A stretch of DNA of 64,000 nucleotides from Macrostomum hystrix. Taxonomy: Eukaryota > Animalia > Platyhelminthes. Location of the stretch: the NCBI GenBank assembly GCA_950097015.1, contig CATNEN010000009.1, positions 1,302,001-1,366,000 of the forward strand. The letters run 5' to 3'. The position numbers and the translations under genes are program-made. The stretch's first letter is position 1; each line of letters begins with the position of its first letter. The notes beneath the pieces are model-generated. The model worked only from the letters and a program-made list of their open reading frames with translations. It was not told where the DNA came from and did not search any database. This document shows positions 60,681-64,000 of the stretch, piece after piece.

Positions 60681-61120
60681 ATCACTAATCTGGGATTGTC
60701 CCAAACTGAGGATCTGGGATTGTCACCAAACTGAGGATCTGGGATTGTCACCAAACTGAGGATCTGGGATTGTCACCAAACGGAGGGTCTGGGATAATTG
60801 TCATTAAACTGAGGATCTGGGATTGTCACCAAACTGAGAATCTGGGATTGTCACCAAACTGAGGATCTGGGATTGTCACCAAACTGAGGATCTGGGATTG
60901 TCACCAAACTGAGGATCTGGGATTGTCACCAAACGGAGGGTCTGGGATAATTGTCATTAAACTGAGGATCTGGGATTGTCACCAAACTGAGAATCTGGGA
61001 TTGTCACCAAACTGAGGATCTGGGATTGTCACCAAACTGAGAATCTGGGATTGTCACCAAACTGAGAATCTGGGATTGTCACCAAACTGAGGATCTGGGA
61101 TTGTCACCAAACTGAGGATC
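60680..61120. repeat. 25-bp tandem repeat array
   Basis: ctgggattgtcaccaaactgaggat; shorter arrays at 58270-58353, 60380-60530 and 63040-63190. Confidence 0.95.
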
Positions 61121-61659
61121 GAGGATAATTTTCATAAACTAATCTTTAAATTTTTATTTATTGTTGTATCATTGTTGTTGTTACCTCATTTTCTTTCTGC
61201 TCTCTATTGCGTATCCCTCCGGTGCTTTTTTTTGACAAGAATGTGCTTTAGTTTTTTTCTTCAAAATAAAGAAAGAAGTGCTGTGCAAATCTATTAGTAA
61301 GTCATTTGTCGATTTCTGTTCTTGCAGATGCGACCTGCTCTTCGACTTGAGCAGATCGACCTGAGTAGAGTGGGGCGAGTGGAGTAGAGTGGGGGAGTGG
61401 AGTAGAGTGGGGGAGTGGAGTAGAGTGGGGGGAGTGGAGTAGAGTGGGGGAGTGGAGTAGAGTGGGGGAGTGGAGTAGAGTGGGGGGAGTGGAGTAGAGT
61501 GGGGCGAGTGGAGTAGAGTGGGGCGAGTGGAGTAGAGTGTAGTTTACTTTACTAAAATTGATTGATATGCTTGATAACTTTTTTGTATACTTAAAATATT
61601 GTTTGTATTTATATGCAAAAGTTTCAGCAATTTACCAATTCAACTAACTTTCAGCGAAA

Positions 61660-62791
61660 ATGGCTCAAATACTTGAAATTCTAAGGGTAGGGCCATTACC
61701 CTTGGACAGAATTATGGAAAAGCCGATTGTGCCTATGGTTCATTGTCCTGCACCTGGATCGGCATGCTTTATTACATCAAAGGCCAAAGATTGCGTAAGA
61801 CATGTGTGTCCATGCTTAAGAATCGTTAACGCTGCCGGATCAACCGGCAAATCAATGTCCTATACGTCAGGGGACGCTGTAAGTCTGAAGTTGTAATCCT
61901 TAGACTTTTGTAAGCCTAAGGACTTTTCTTAGACTTAAAAAGTGGAACTTGTACTTTTAGCAAATTAAGTGGAACTTGGACTTTCGGCAAATAAAGTGGA
62001 ACTTGGACTTTTGGCAAATAAAGTGGAACTTGTACTTGAACTTGAACTTGGTTAAGTTAAAGCCTTAACTTTGACTTGCCTTTCTCCTTCAGATACTGCA
62101 GTACTTTCCTGATCAGGGATACTGCCTTTATCGGCACGGAGTAGGCAGTTGTAAACAACTGCTCAGAGCCTTGGGCAGGCCTGCCGCCCCAGCCGCCCCT
62201 GCCGCCCCTGCCGCTCCTGCCGTGCAAGCCCCAACGCCTGCTGCAAGGGCGTCTGGGGCACTGAATCAAGCACTCCAGCACTTCACACTTGCAGCCGGAG
62301 AACACTTTGGCGGACTGCTTCCGCCATTATCACAGCCGGTAGCAGAAATGCTACGGGCTGTGATAATGTGTCTGGAAAGGCGTGACGCTAAACGGCTCCT
62401 TTGTCTGGCAAAGGCCACTGCCGAGGTAACGGCGCTGGCAATTGGTGCTGCATCAGTTGACCTCGCGGAGGCCCCTCCTCATCCCGCCAACGCCGATCCC
62501 GCCGACGCCGATCCCGCCGACGCCGATCCCGCCGACGCCGATCCCGCCGACGCCGATCCGGCCGATCCCGCCGACGCCGATCCGGCCGATCCCGCCGACG
62601 CCGATCCGGTCGATCCCGCCGTTCCCGCCGCCATACCACCGGACCACTTTCGCGGGGCCGGTCCCGGCCCGTCGGCGGTAGCGGAGGACGAGGAGGAGGA
62701 CGAAGAAGAAGAGCAGCAGCCGAGGGCCAAGAGGCAATGCGTGAAAAAGGCTGCCCCTAAGAAGGCTGGCCGAAGGAAGCGACGTCGCTAA
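61660..62791 (+). CDS. Two-exon unknown protein (305 aa): Cys-rich N-terminus, ADP acidic repeats, basic NLS-like C-terminus
   Basis: join(61660-61878,62093-62791); donor GCT|gtaagt and acceptor ttctccttcag|, phase 0, no stops; acceptor-like ttcag 5 nt before the ATG. Confidence 0.7.
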
Positions 62792-63301
62792 ACTATTTAT
62801 ATATATTTTTTATTATCTGGCGCCTTTTCCTTTTGCGACAATACGCATTTATTATTATTTTATTATTTTATTTTTTTATACCATAAATCTAGCCAGTCTA
62901 TGGACCAGGAGGGAGCCCAGCCTGTGTGGCGTCCTTAGTAACCGGCCCCTGGAAACAGCATCCGGCATTCCAGCATAAGTCAACTTAGTGAATTAGTTTC
63001 ATTGTTTTGTTATTTAGTTGTCATGGACTGATTGGCCCCAAACTGAGAATTTGGGATTGTCACCAAACTGAGGGTCTGGGATAATTGTCATTAAACTTAG
63101 GATCTGGGATTGTCACCAAACTGAGGATCTGGGATTGTCCCAAACATAGGATCTGGGATTGTCACCAAACTGAGGGTCTGGGATAATTGTCTTTAAACTA
63201 AGTTTTAAAATTTTATATATTGTTGTATCATTGTATATAAATCGTATCGTATCAATGTTGTATCATTGTTGTTTTGTTGTATTAGTGTTGTATAAATCTT
63301 A

Positions 63302-63966
63302 TGATGTGCTGTAGACTGCTGAGCAGCCTCCAGGCAATCTGAGAGTCAGGCTGTTCTAGGTCTGTGGAAGGGCTAGGGTTGGTAGTTAGTGTTTCCCGTG
63401 CACTGTCACTTCCGCTCGCCACCCCCCTCCTCTCTCGTTCTCTTGTTCCAGCTCTGTCTGCGCACTGAGTCACATTGCACACCATGGTGCAATCGCTTAA
63501 GTTCGGAAGAAGACTGGCATTACAACGCTCAAATGCTCCTACTATAAGTAGAGCACAGTCCGACGAATCCTTGAGATCGTGTTAGTGCCGTGGTAGCACA
63601 ACTTCTGTATGAATATGGCACGTTTCTTGTCTCCAGTCTTCATGCCGCTCGGAACCGTTTGTGCTTACATTCTGTGTCCATTCTTTTGGCTCTAAGATCT
63701 TAGACAATTCTTGTTGGTCTAGGTCACACACTGCATTTAGAAGCTTGGTGTGTCACCCGATCAAGCATAAGATCTGAAAGTTTAGCTAGGACGTGGACTA
63801 AGTAGAAGAGGTCACGGGAGAACTTAGCTGTCTAAGCCTGACTACCGGATTGTTCCTCTGCTAGGAAGCATCTGAGTGTGAGGCCGGATACTCTCTCTCT
63901 CGGAATCTAGTTCCTGTCTTGGTTATTTTTACCAATTGTGTGTGCCACGCTACCACAGGTACAACA
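63302..63966. mobile_element. Solo LTR (665 bp), probably Ty3/Gypsy type
   Basis: TG...CA ends (tgatgt / acaaca); 4-bp TSD CTTA at 63298-63301 and 63967-63970; interrupts module D, whose uninterrupted copy is at about 60630. Confidence 0.85.
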
Positions 63967-64000
63967 CTTAGTTCATTTCATTGTTTAAAACTTTTTATCT

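Overview
Eukaryotic (animal) genomic DNA with GT-AG spliceosomal introns, GC-rich exons and a very high minisatellite and transposon load. The style resembles the flatworm Macrostomum, but that assignment is inference. Host genes rebuilt by hand: (1) single-exon GSKIP (7547-7891, minus); (2) a 6-exon, 554-aa EVA-1/EVA1C-like receptor with two SUEL lectin domains and a TM helix (14953-38429, plus), whose introns hold many minisatellites and a full-length antisense LINE; (3) an 8-exon, 841-aa short and divergent vigilin-like KH protein (39783-44808, minus). Mobile elements: an intact LOA/R1-group LINE with RNase H (28803-34431) and a 5'-truncated relative (922-1575), both with TSDs and both inside minisatellites; an intact DD34D mariner with 202-bp TIRs; several Harbinger elements; a Helitron Rep fragment; a solo LTR; MITE-like elements. 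The least explained region is 56.4-64 kb. It is an array of shared upstream and downstream modules and 25-bp repeats that carries an orphan P-loop NTPase and a small Cys-rich/acidic/NLS gene family, and one family copy appears split by an inversion. No rRNA, tRNA or CRISPR array was found. All family calls are by eye, with no database searches.
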